Shown in pieces: positions 1-12,000 of a stretch of 64,000 bases of DNA (position 1 is the stretch's first letter; each line of letters starts with the position of its first letter). The notes under the pieces are model-generated. The model made no database searches and was not told where the DNA came from. It was given only the letters and a program-made list of their open reading frames with translations. Position numbers and translations under genes: made by a program. Source of the stretch: Naegleria gruberi (Eukaryota); the NCBI GenBank assembly GCA_000004985.1, contig GG738853.1, one strand, 5' to 3'.

Positions 1-3000
1 NNNNNNNNNNNNNNNNNNNNNNNNNNNNNNNNNNNNNNNNNNNNNNNNNNNNNNNNNNNNNNNNNNNNNNNNNNNNNNNNNNNNNNNNNNNNNNNNNNNN
101 NNNNNNNNNNNNNNNNNNNNNNNNNNNNNNNNNNNNNNNNNNNNNNNNNNNNNNNNNNNNNNNNNNNNNNNNNNNNNNNNNNNNNNNNNNNNNNNNNNNN
201 NNNNNNNNNNNNNNNNNNNNNNNNNNNNNNNNNNNNNNNNNNNNNNNNNNNNNNNNNNNNNNNNNNNNNNNNNNNNNNNNNNNNNNNNNNNNNNNNNNNN
301 NNNNNNNNNNNNNNNNNNNNNNNNNNNNNNNNNNNNNNNNNNNNNNNNNNNNNNNNNNNNNNNNNNNNNNNNNNNNNNNNNNNNNNNNNNNNNNNNNNNN
401 NNNNNNNNNNNNNNNNNNNNNNNNNNNNNNNNNNNNNNNNNNNNNNNNNNNNNNNNNNNNNNNNNNNNNNNNNNNNNNNNNNNNNNNNNNNNNNNNNNNN
501 NNNNNNNNNNNNNNNNNNNNNNNNNNNNNNNNNNNNNNNNNNNNNNNNNNNNNNNNNNNNNNNNNNNNNNNNNNNNNNNNNNNNNNNNNNNNNNNNNNNN
601 NNNNNNNNNNNNNNNNNNNNNNNNNNNNNNNNNNNNNNNNNNNNNNNNNNNNNNNNNNNNNNNNNNNNNNNNNNNNNNNNNNNNNNNNNNNNNNNNNNNN
701 NNNNNNNNNNNNNNNNNNNNNNNNNNNNNNNNNNNNNNNNNNNNNNNNNNNNNNNNNNNNNNNNNNNNNNNNNNNNNNNNNNNNNNNNNNNNNNNNNNNN
801 NNNNNNNNNNNNNNNNNNNNNNNNNNNNNNNNNNNNNNNNNNNNNNNNNNNNNNNNNNNNNNNNNNNNNNNNNNNNNNNNNNNNNNNNNNNNNNNNNNNN
901 NNNNNNNNNNNNNNNNNNNNNNNNNNNNNNNNNNNNNNNNNNNNNNNNNNNNNNNNNNNNNNNNNNNNNNNNNNNNNNNNNNNNNNNNNNNNNNNNNNNN
1001 NNNNNNNNNNNNNNNNNNNNNNNNNNNNNNNNNNNNNNNNNNNNNNNNNNNNNNNNNNNNNNNNNNNNNNNNNNNNNNNNNNNNNNNNNNNNNNNNNNNN
1101 NNNNNNNNNNNNNNNNNNNNNNNNNNNNNNNNNNNNNNNNNNNNNNNNNNNNNNNNNNNNNNNNNNNNNNNNNNNNNNNNNNNNNNNNNNNNNNNNNNNN
1201 NNNNNNNNNNNNNNNNNNNNNNNNNNNNNNNNNNNNNNNNNNNNNNNNNNNNNNNNNNNNNNNNNNNNNNNNNNNNNNNNNNNNNNNNNNNNNNNNNNNN
1301 NNNNNNNNNNNNNNNNNNNNNNNNNNNNNNNNNNNNNNNNNNNNNNNNNNNNNNNNNNNNNNNNNNNNNNNNNNNNNNNNNNNNNNNNNNNNNNNNNNNN
1401 NNNNNNNNNNNNNNNNNNNNNNNNNNNNNNNNNNNNNNNNNNNNNNNNNNNNNNNNNNNNNNNNNNNNNNNNNNNNNNNNNNNNNNNNNNNNNNNNNNNN
1501 NNNNNNNNNNNNNNNNNNNNNNNNNNNNNNNNNNNNNNNNNNNNNNNNNNNNNNNNNNNNNNNNNNNNNNNNNNNNNNNNNNNNNNNNNNNNNNNNNNNN
1601 NNNNNNNNNNNNNNNNNNNNNNNNNNNNNNNNNNNNNNNNNNNNNNNNNNNNNNNNNNNNNNNNNNNNNNNNNNNNNNNNNNNNNNNNNNNNNNNNNNNN
1701 NNNNNNNNNNNNNNNNNNNNNNNNNNNNNNNNNNNNNNNNNNNNNNNNNNNNNNNNNNNNNNNNNNNNNNNNNNNNNNNNNNNNNNNNNNNNNNNNNNNN
1801 NNNNNNNNNNNNNNNNNNNNNNNNNNNNNNNNNNNNNNNNNNNNNNNNNNNNNNNNNNNNNNNNNNNNNNNNNNNNNNNNNNNNNNNNNNNNNNNNNNNN
1901 NNNNNNNNNNNNNNNNNNNNNNNNNNNNNNNNNNNNNNNNNNNNNNNNNNNNNNNNNNNNNNNNNNNNNNNNNNNNNNNNNNNNNNNNNNNNNNNNNNNN
2001 NNNNNNNNNNNNNNNNNNNNNNNNNNNNNNNNNNNNNNNNNNNNNNNNNNNNNNNNNNNNNNNNNNNNNNNNNNNNNNNNNNNNNNNNNNNNNNNNNNNN
2101 NNNNNNNNNNNNNNNNNNNNNNNNNNNNNNNNNNNNNNNNNNNNNNNNNNNNNNNNNNNNNNNNNNNNNNNNNNNNNNNNNNNNNNNNNNNNNNNNNNNN
2201 NNNNNNNNNNNNNNNNNNNNNNNNNNNNNNNNNNNNNNNNNNNNNNNNNNNNNNNNNNNNNNNNNNNNNNNNNNNNNNNNNNNNNNNNNNNNNNNNNNNN
2301 NNNNNNNNNNNNNNNNNNNNNNNNNNNNNNNNNNNNNNNNNNNNNNNNNNNNNNNNNNNNNNNNNNNNNNNNNNNNNNNNNNNNNNNNNNNNNNNNNNNN
2401 NNNNNNNNNNNNNNNNNNNNNNNNNNNNNNNNNNNNNNNNNNNNNNNNNNNNNNNNNNNNNNNNNNNNNNNNNNNNNNNNNNNNNNNNNNNNNNNNNNNN
2501 NNNNNNNNNNNNNNNNNNNNNNNNNNNNNNNNNNNNNNNNNNNNNNNNNNNNNNNNNNNNNNNNNNNNNNNNNNNNNNNNNNNNNNNNNNNNNNNNNNNN
2601 NNNNNNNNNNNNNNNNNNNNNNNNNNNNNNNNNNNNNNNNNNNNNNNNNNNNNNNNNNNNNNNNNNNNNNNNNNNNNNNNNNNNNNNNNNNNNNNNNNNN
2701 NNNNNNNNNNNNNNNNNNNNNNNNNNNNNNNNNNNNNNNNNNNNNNNNNNNNNNNNNNNNNNNNNNNNNNNNNNNNNNNNNNNNNNNNNNNNNNNNNNNN
2801 NNNNNNNNNNNNNNNNNNNNNNNNNNNNNNNNNNNNNNNNNNNNNNNNNNNNNNNNNNNNNNNNNNNNNNNNNNNNNNNNNNNNNNNNNNNNNNNNNNNN
2901 NNNNNNNNNNNNNNNNNNNNNNNNNNNNNNNNNNNNNNNNNNNNNNNNNNNNNNNNNNNNNNNNNNNNNNNNNNNNNNNNNNNNNNNNNNNNNNNNNNNN

Positions 3001-6000
3001 NNNNNNNNNNNNNNNNNNNNNNNNNNNNNNNNNNNNNNNNNNNNNNNNNNNNNNNNNNNNNNNNNNNNNNNNNNNNNNNNNNNNNNNNNNNNNNNNNNNN
3101 NNNNNNNNNNNNNNNNNNNNNNNNNNNNNNNNNNNNNNNNNNNNNNNNNNNNNNNNNNNNNNNNNNNNNNNNNNNNNNNNNNNNNNNNNNNNNNNNNNNN
3201 NNNNNNNNNNNNNNNNNNNNNNNNNNNNNNNNNNNNNNNNNNNNNNNNNNNNNNNNNNNNNNNNNNNNNNNNNNNNNNNNNNNNNNNNNNNNNNNNNNNN
3301 NNNNNNNNNNNNNNNNNNNNNNNNNNNNNNNNNNNNNNNNNNNNNNNNNNNNNNNNNNNNNNNNNNNNNNNNNNNNNNNNNNNNNNNNNNNNNNNNNNNN
3401 NNNNNNNNNNNNNNNNNNNNNNNNNNNNNNNNNNNNNNNNNNNNNNNNNNNNNNNNNNNNNNNNNNNNNNNNNNNNNNNNNNNNNNNNNNNNNNNNNNNN
3501 NNNNNNNNNNNNNNNNNNNNNNNNNNNNNNNNNNNNNNNNNNNNNNNNNNNNNNNNNNNNNNNNNNNNNNNNNNNNNNNNNNNNNNNNNNNNNNNNNNNN
3601 NNNNNNNNNNNNNNNNNNNNNNNNNNNNNNNNNNNNNNNNNNNNNNNNNNNNNNNNNNNNNNNNNNNNNNNNNNNNNNNNNNNNNNNNNNNNNNNNNNNN
3701 NNNNNNNNNNNNNNNNNNNNNNNNNNNNNNNNNNNNNNNNNNNNNNNNNNNNNNNNNNNNNNNNNNNNNNNNNNNNNNNNNNNNNNNNNNNNNNNNNNNN
3801 NNNNNNNNNNNNNNNNNNNNNNNNNNNNNNNNNNNNNNNNNNNNNNNNNNNNNNNNNNNNNNNNNNNNNNNNNNNNNNNNNNNNNNNNNNNNNNNNNNNN
3901 NNNNNNNNNNNNNNNNNNNNNNNNNNNNNNNNNNNNNNNNNNNNNNNNNNNNNNNNNNNNNNNNNNNNNNNNNNNNNNNNNNNNNNNNNNNNNNNNNNNN
4001 NNNNNNNNNNNNNNNNNNNNNNNNNNNNNNNNNNNNNNNNNNNNNNNNNNNNNNNNNNNNNNNNNNNNNNNNNNNNNNNNNNNNNNNNNNNNNNNNNNNN
4101 NNNNNNNNNNNNNNNNNNNNNNNNNNNNNNNNNNNNNNNNNNNNNNNNNNNNNNNNNNNNNNNNNNNNNNNNNNNNNNNNNNNNNNNNNNNNNNNNNNNN
4201 NNNNNNNNNNNNNNNNNNNNNNNNNNNNNNNNNNNNNNNNNNNNNNNNNNNNNNNNNNNNNNNNNNNNNNNNNNNNNNNNNNNNNNNNNNNNNNNNNNNN
4301 NNNNNNNNNNNNNNNNNNNNNNNNNNNNNNNNNNNNNNNNNNNNNNNNNNNNNNNNNNNNNNNNNNNNNNNNNNNNNNNNNNNNNNNNNNNNNNNNNNNN
4401 NNNNNNNNNNNNNNNNNNNNNNNNNNNNNNNNNNNNNNNNNNNNNNNNNNNNNNNNNNNNNNNNNNNNNNNNNNNNNNNNNNNNNNNNNNNNNNNNNNNN
4501 NNNNNNNNNNNNNNNNNNNNNNNNNNNNNNNNNNNNNNNNNNNNNNNNNNNNNNNNNNNNNNNNNNNNNNNNNNNNNNNNNNNNNNNNNNNNNNNNNNNN
4601 NNNNNNNNNNNNNNNNNNNNNNNNNNNNNNNNNNNNNNNNNNNNNNNNNNNNNNNNNNNNNNNNNNNNNNNNNNNNNNNNNNNNNNNNNNNNNNNNNNNN
4701 NNNNNNNNNNNNNNNNNNNNNNNNNNNNNNNNNNNNNNNNNNNNNNNNNNNNNNNNNNNNNNNNNNNNNNNNNNNNNNNNNNNNNNNNNNNNNNNNNNNN
4801 NNNNNNNNNNNNNNNNNNNNNNNNNNNNNNNNNNNNNNNNNNNNNNNNNNNNNNNNNNNNNNNNNNNNNNNNNNNNNNNNNNNNNNNNNNNNNNNNNNNN
4901 NNNNNNNNNNNNNNNNNNNNNNNNNNNNNNNNNNNNNNNNNNNNNNNNNNNNNNNNNNNNNNNNNNNNNNNNNNNNNNNNNNNNNNNNNNNNNNNNNNNN
5001 NNNNNNNNNNNNNNNNNNNNNNNNNNNNNNNNNNNNNNNNNNNNNNNNNNNNNNNNNNNNNNNNNNNNNNNNNNNNNNNNNNNNNNNNNNNNNNNNNNNN
5101 NNNNNNNNNNNNNNNNNNNNNNNNNNNNNNNNNNNNNNNNNNNNNNNNNNNNNNNNNNNNNNNNNNNNNNNNNNNNNNNNNNNNNNNNNNNNNNNNNNNN
5201 NNNNNNNNNNNNNNNNNNNNNNNNNNNNNNNNNNNNNNNNNNNNNNNNNNNNNNNNNNNNNNNNNNNNNNNNNNNNNNNNNNNNNNNNNNNNNNNNNNNN
5301 NNNNNNNNNNNNNNNNNNNNNNNNNNNNNNNNNNNNNNNNNNNNNNNNNNNNNNNNNNNNNNNNNNNNNNNNNNNNNNNNNNNNNNNNNNNNNNNNNNNN
5401 NNNNNNNNNNNNNNNNNNNNNNNNNNNNNNNNNNNNNNNNNNNNNNNNNNNNNNNNNNNNNNNNNNNNNNNNNNNNNNNNNNNNNNNNNNNNNNNNNNNN
5501 NNNNNNNNNNNNNNNNNNNNNNNNNNNNNNNNNNNNNNNNNNNNNNNNNNNNNNNNNNNNNNNNNNNNNNNNNNNNNNNNNNNNNNNNNNNNNNNNNNNN
5601 NNNNNNNNNNNNNNNNNNNNNNNNNNNNNNNNNNNNNNNNNNNNNNNNNNNNNNNNNNNNNNNNNNNNNNNNNNNNNNNNNNNNNNNNNNNNNNNNNNNN
5701 NNNNNNNNNNNNNNNNNNNNNNNNNNNNNNNNNNNNNNNNNNNNNNNNNNNNNNNNNNNNNNNNNNNNNNNNNNNNNNNNNNNNNNNNNNNNNNNNNNNN
5801 NNNNNNNNNNNNNNNNNNNNNNNNNNNNNNNNNNNNNNNNNNNNNNNNNNNNNNNNNNNNNNNNNNNNNNNNNNNNNNNNNNNNNNNNNNNNNNNNNNNN
5901 NNNNNNNNNNNNNNNNNNNNNNNNNNNNNNNNNNNNNNNNNNNNNNNNNNNNNNNNNNNNNNNNNNNNNNNNNNNNNNNNNNNNNNNNNNNNNNNNNNNN

Positions 6001-9000
6001 NNNNNNNNNNNNNNNNNNNNNNNNNNNNNNNNNNNNNNNNNNNNNNNNNNNNNNNNNNNNNNNNNNNNNNNNNNNNNNNNNNNNNNNNNNNNNNNNNNNN
6101 NNNNNNNNNNNNNNNNNNNNNNNNNNNNNNNNNNNNNNNNNNNNNNNNNNNNNNNNNNNNNNNNNNNNNNNNNNNNNNNNNNNNNNNNNNNNNNNNNNNN
6201 NNNNNNNNNNNNNNNNNNNNNNNNNNNNNNNNNNNNNNNNNNNNNNNNNNNNNNNNNNNNNNNNNNNNNNNNNNNNNNNNNNNNNNNNNNNNNNNNNNNN
6301 NNNNNNNNNNNNNNNNNNNNNNNNNNNNNNNNNNNNNNNNNNNNNNNNNNNNNNNNNNNNNNNNNNNNNNNNNNNNNNNNNNNNNNNNNNNNNNNNNNNN
6401 NNNNNNNNNNNNNNNNNNNNNNNNNNNNNNNNNNNNNNNNNNNNNNNNNNNNNNNNNNNNNNNNNNNNNNNNNNNNNNNNNNNNNNNNNNNNNNNNNNNN
6501 NNNNNNNNNNNNNNNNNNNNNNNNNNNNNNNNNNNNNNNNNNNNNNNNNNNNNNNNNNNNNNNNNNNNNNNNNNNNNNNNNNNNNNNNNNNNNNNNNNNN
6601 NNNNNNNNNNNNNNNNNNNNNNNNNNNNNNNNNNNNNNNNNNNNNNNNNNNNNNNNNNNNNNNNNNNNNNNNNNNNNNNNNNNNNNNNNNNNNNNNNNNN
6701 NNNNNNNNNNNNNNNNNNNNNNNNNNNNNNNNNNNNNNNNNNNNNNNNNNNNNNNNNNNNNNNNNNNNNNNNNNNNNNNNNNNNNNNNNNNNNNNNNNNN
6801 NNNNNNNNNNNNNNNNNNNNNNNNNNNNNNNNNNNNNNNNNNNNNNNNNNNNNNNNNNNNNNNNNNNNNNNNNNNNNNNNNNNNNNNNNNNNNNNNNNNN
6901 NNNNNNNNNNNNNNNNNNNNNNNNNNNNNNNNNNNNNNNNNNNNNNNNNNNNNNNNNNNNNNNNNNNNNNNNNNNNNNNNNNNNNNNNNNNNNNNNNNNN
7001 NNNNNNNNNNNNNNNNNNNNNNNNNNNNNNNNNNNNNNNNNNNNNNNNNNNNNNNNNNNNNNNNNNNNNNNNNNNNNNNNNNNNNNNNNNNNNNNNNNNN
7101 NNNNNNNNNNNNNNNNNNNNNNNNNNNNNNNNNNNNNNNNNNNNNNNNNNNNNNNNNNNNNNNNNNNNNNNNNNNNNNNNNNNNNNNNNNNNNNNNNNNN
7201 NNNNNNNNNNNNNNNNNNNNNNNNNNNNNNNNNNNNNNNNNNNNNNNNNNNNNNNNNNNNNNNNNNNNNNNNNNNNNNNNNNNNNNNNNNNNNNNNNNNN
7301 NNNNNNNNNNNNNNNNNNNNNNNNNNNNNNNNNNNNNNNNNNNNNNNNNNNNNNNNNNNNNNNNNNNNNNNNNNNNNNNNNNNNNNNNNNNNNNNNNNNN
7401 NNNNNNNNNNNNNNNNNNNNNNNNNNNNNNNNNNNNNNNNNNNNNNNNNNNNNNNNNNNNNNNNNNNNNNNNNNNNNNNNNNNNNNNNNNNNNNNNNNNN
7501 NNNNNNNNNNNNNNNNNNNNNNNNNNNNNNNNNNNNNNNNNNNNNNNNNNNNNNNNNNNNNNNNNNNNNNNNNNNNNNNNNNNNNNNNNNNNNNNNNNNN
7601 NNNNNNNNNNNNNNNNNNNNNNNNNNNNNNNNNNNNNNNNNNNNNNNNNNNNNNNNNNNNNNNNNNNNNNNNNNNNNNNNNNNNNNNNNNNNNNNNNNNN
7701 NNNNNNNNNNNNNNNNNNNNNNNNNNNNNNNNNNNNNNNNNNNNNNNNNNNNNNNNNNNNNNNNNNNNNNNNNNNNNNNNNNNNNNNNNNNNNNNNNNNN
7801 NNNNNNNNNNNNNNNNNNNNNNNNNNNNNNNNNNNNNNNNNNNNNNNNNNNNNNNNNNNNNNNNNNNNNNNNNNNNNNNNNNNNNNNNNNNNNNNNNNNN
7901 NNNNNNNNNNNNNNNNNNNNNNNNNNNNNNNNNNNNNNNNNNNNNNNNNNNNNNNNNNNNNNNNNNNNNNNNNNNNNNNNNNNNNNNNNNNNNNNNNNNN
8001 NNNNNNNNNNNNNNNNNNNNNNNNNNNNNNNNNNNNNNNNNNNNNNNNNNNNNNNNNNNNNNNNNNNNNNNNNNNNNNNNNNNNNNNNNNNNNNNNNNNN
8101 NNNNNNNNNNNNNNNNNNNNNNNNNNNNNNNNNNNNNNNNNNNNNNNNNNNNNNNNNNNNNNNNNNNNNNNNNNNNNNNNNNNNNNNNNNNNNNNNNNNN
8201 NNNNNNNNNNNNNNNNNNNNNNNNNNNNNNNNNNNNNNNNNNNNNNNNNNNNNNNNNNNNNNNNNNNNNNNNNNNNNNNNNNNNNNNNNNNNNNNNNNNN
8301 NNNNNNNNNNNNNNNNNNNNNNNNNNNNNNNNNNNNNNNNNNNNNNNNNNNNNNNNNNNNNNNNNNNNNNNNNNNNNNNNNNNNNNNNNNNNNNNNNNNN
8401 NNNNNNNNNNNNNNNNNNNNNNNNNNNNNNNNNNNNNNNNNNNNNNNNNNNNNNNNNNNNNNNNNNNNNNNNNNNNNNNNNNNNNNNNNNNNNNNNNNNN
8501 NNNNNNNNNNNNNNNNNNNNNNNNNNNNNNNNNNNNNNNNNNNNNNNNNNNNNNNNNNNNNNNNNNNNNNNNNNNNNNNNNNNNNNNNNNNNNNNNNNNN
8601 NNNNNNNNNNNNNNNNNNNNNNNNNNNNNNNNNNNNNNNNNNNNNNNNNNNNNNNNNNNNNNNNNNNNNNNNNNNNNNNNNNNNNNNNNNNNNNNNNNNN
8701 NNNNNNNNNNNNNNNNNNNNNNNNNNNNNNNNNNNNNNNNNNNNNNNNNNNNNNNNNNNNNNNNNNNNNNNNNNNNNNNNNNNNNNNNNNNNNNNNNNNN
8801 NNNNNNNNNNNNNNNNNNNNNNNNNNNNNNNNNNNNNNNNNNNNNNNNNNNNNNNNNNNNNNNNNNNNNNNNNNNNNNNNNNNNNNNNNNNNNNNNNNNN
8901 NNNNNNNNNNNNNNNNNNNNNNNNNNNNNNNNNNNNNNNNNNNNNNNNNNNNNNNNNNNNNNNNNNNNNNNNNNNNNNNNNNNNNNNNNNNNNNNNNNNN

Positions 9001-12000
9001 NNNNNNNNNNNNNNNNNNNNNNNNNNNNNNNNNNNNNNNNNNNNNNNNNNNNNNNNNNNNNNNNNNNNNNNNNNNNNNNNNNNNNNNNNNNNNNNNNNNN
9101 NNNNNNNNNNNNNNNNNNNNNNNNNNNNNNNNNNNNNNNNNNNNNNNNNNNNNNNNNNNNNNNNNNNNNNNNNNNNNNNNNNNNNNNNNNNNNNNNNNNN
9201 NNNNNNNNNNNNNNNNNNNNNNNNNNNNNNNNNNNNNNNNNNNNNNNNNNNNNNNNNNNNNNNNNNNNNNNNNNNNNNNNNNNNNNNNNNNNNNNNNNNN
9301 NNNNNNNNNNNNNNNNNNNNNNNNNNNNNNNNNNNNNNNNNNNNNNNNNNNNNNNNNNNNNNNNNNNNNNNNNNNNNNNNNNNNNNNNNNNNNNNNNNNN
9401 NNNNNNNNNNNNNNNNNNNNNNNNNNNNNNNNNNNNNNNNNNNNNNNNNNNNNNNNNNNNNNNNNNNNNNNNNNNNNNNNNNNNNNNNNNNNNNNNNNNN
9501 NNNNNNNNNNNNNNNNNNNNNNNNNNNNNNNNNNNNNNNNNNNNNNNNNNNNNNNNNNNNNNNNNNNNNNNNNNNNNNNNNNNNNNNNNNNNNNNNNNNN
9601 NNNNNNNNNNNNNNNNNNNNNNNNNNNNNNNNNNNNNNNNNNNNNNNNNNNNNNNNNNNNNNNNNNNNNNNNNNNNNNNNNNNNNNNNNNNNNNNNNNNN
9701 NNNNNNNNNNNNNNNNNNNNNNNNNNNNNNNNNNNNNNNNNNNNNNNNNNNNNNNNNNNNNNNNNNNNNNNNNNNNNNNNNNNNNNNNNNNNNNNNNNNN
9801 NNNNNNNNNNNNNNNNNNNNNNNNNNNNNNNNNNNNNNNNNNNNNNNNNNNNNNNNNNNNNNNNNNNNNNNNNNNNNNNNNNNNNNNNNNNNNNNNNNNN
9901 NNNNNNNNNNNNNNNNNNNNNNNNNNNNNNNNNNNNNNNNNNNNNNNNNNNNNNNNNNNNNNNNNNNNNNNNNNNNNNNNNNNNNNNNNNNNNNNNNNNN
10001 NNNNNNNNNNNNNNNNNNNNNNNNNNNNNNNNNNNNNNNNNNNNNNNNNNNNNNNNNNNNNNNNNNNNNNNNNNNNNNNNNNNNNNNNNNNNNNNNNNNN
10101 NNNNNNNNNNNNNNNNNNNNNNNNNNNNNNNNNNNNNNNNNNNNNNNNNNNNNNNNNNNNNNNNNNNNNNNNNNNNNNNNNNNNNNNNNNNNNNNNNNNN
10201 NNNNNNNNNNNNNNNNNNNNNNNNNNNNNNNNNNNNNNNNNNNNNNNNNNNNNNNNNNNNNNNNNNNNNNNNNNNNNNNNNNNNNNNNNNNNNNNNNNNN
10301 NNNNNNNNNNNNNNNNNNNNNNNNNNNNNNNNNNNNNNNNNNNNNNNNNNNNNNNNNNNNNNNNNNNNNNNNNNNNNNNNNNNNNNNNNNNNNNNNNNNN
10401 NNNNNNNNNNNNNNNNNNNNNNNNNNNNNNNNNNNNNNNNNNNNNNNNNNNNNNNNNNNNNNNNNNNNNNNNNNNNNNNNNNNNNNNNNNNNNNNNNNNN
10501 NNNNNNNNNNNNNNNNNNNNNNNNNNNNNNNNNNNNNNNNNNNNNNNNNNNNNNNNNNNNNNNNNNNNNNNNNNNNNNNNNNNNNNNNNNNNNNNNNNNN
10601 NNNNNNNNNNNNNNNNNNNNNNNNNNNNNNNNNNNNNNNNNNNNNNNNNNNNNNNNNNNNNNNNNNNNNNNNNNNNNNNNNNNNNNNNNNNNNNNNNNNN
10701 NNNNNNNNNNNNNNNNNNNNNNNNNNNNNNNNNNNNNNNNNNNNNNNNNNNNNNNNNNNNNNNNNNNNNNNNNNNNNNNNNNNNNNNNNNNNNNNNNNNN
10801 NNNNNNNNNNNNNNNNNNNNNNNNNNNNNNNNNNNNNNNNNNNNNNNNNNNNNNNNNNNNNNNNNNNNNNNNNNNNNNNNNNNNNNNNNNNNNNNNNNNN
10901 NNNNNNNNNNNNNNNNNNNNNNNNNNNNNNNNNNNNNNNNNNNNNNNNNNNNNNNNNNNNNNNNNNNNNNNNNNNNNNNNNNNNNNNNNNNNNNNNNNNN
11001 NNNNNNNNNNNNNNNNNNNNNNNNNNNNNNNNNNNNNNNNNNNNNNNNNNNNNNNNNNNNNNNNNNNNNNNNNNNNNNNNNNNNNNNNNNNNNNNNNNNN
11101 NNNNNNNNNNNNNNNNNNNNNNNNNNNNNNNNNNNNNNNNNNNNNNNNNNNNNNNNNNNNNNNNNNNNNNNNNNNNNNNNNNNNNNNNNNNNNNNNNNNN
11201 NNNNNNNNNNNNNNNNNNNNNNNNNNNNNNNNNNNNNNNNNNNNNNNNNNNNNNNNNNNNNNNNNNNNNNNNNNNNNNNNNNNNNNNNNNNNNNNNNNNN
11301 NNNNNNNNNNNNNNNNNNNNNNNNNNNNNNNNNNNNNNNNNNNNNNNNNNNNNNNNNNNNNNNNNNNNNNNNNNNNNNNNNNNNNNNNNNNNNNNNNNNN
11401 NNNNNNNNNNNNNNNNNNNNNNNNNNNNNNNNNNNNNNNNNNNNNNNNNNNNNNNNNNNNNNNNNNNNNNNNNNNNNNNNNNNNNNNNNNNNNNNNNNNN
11501 NNNNNNNNNNNNNNNNNNNNNNNNNNNNNNNNNNNNNNNNNNNNNNNNNNNNNNNNNNNNNNNNNNNNNNNNNNNNNNNNNNNNNNNNNNNNNNNNNNNN
11601 NNNNNNNNNNNNNNNNNNNNNNNNNNNNNNNNNNNNNNNNNNNNNNNNNNNNNNNNNNNNNNNNNNNNNNNNNNNNNNNNNNNNNNNNNNNNNNNNNNNN
11701 NNNNNNNNNNNNNNNNNNNNNNNNNNNNNNNNNNNNNNNNNNNNNNNNNNNNNNNNNNNNNNNNNNNNNNNNNNNNNNNNNNNNNNNNNNNNNNNNNNNN
11801 NNNNNNNNNNNNNNNNNNNNNNNNNNNNNNNNNNNNNNNNNNNNNNNNNNNNNNNNNNNNNNNNNNNNNNNNNNNNNNNNNNNNNNNNNNNNNNNNNNNN
11901 NNNNNNNNNNNNNNNNNNNNNNNNNNNNNNNNNNNNNNNNNNNNNNNNNNNNNNNNNNNNNNNNNNNNNNNNNNNNNNNNNNNNNNNNNNNNNNNNNNNN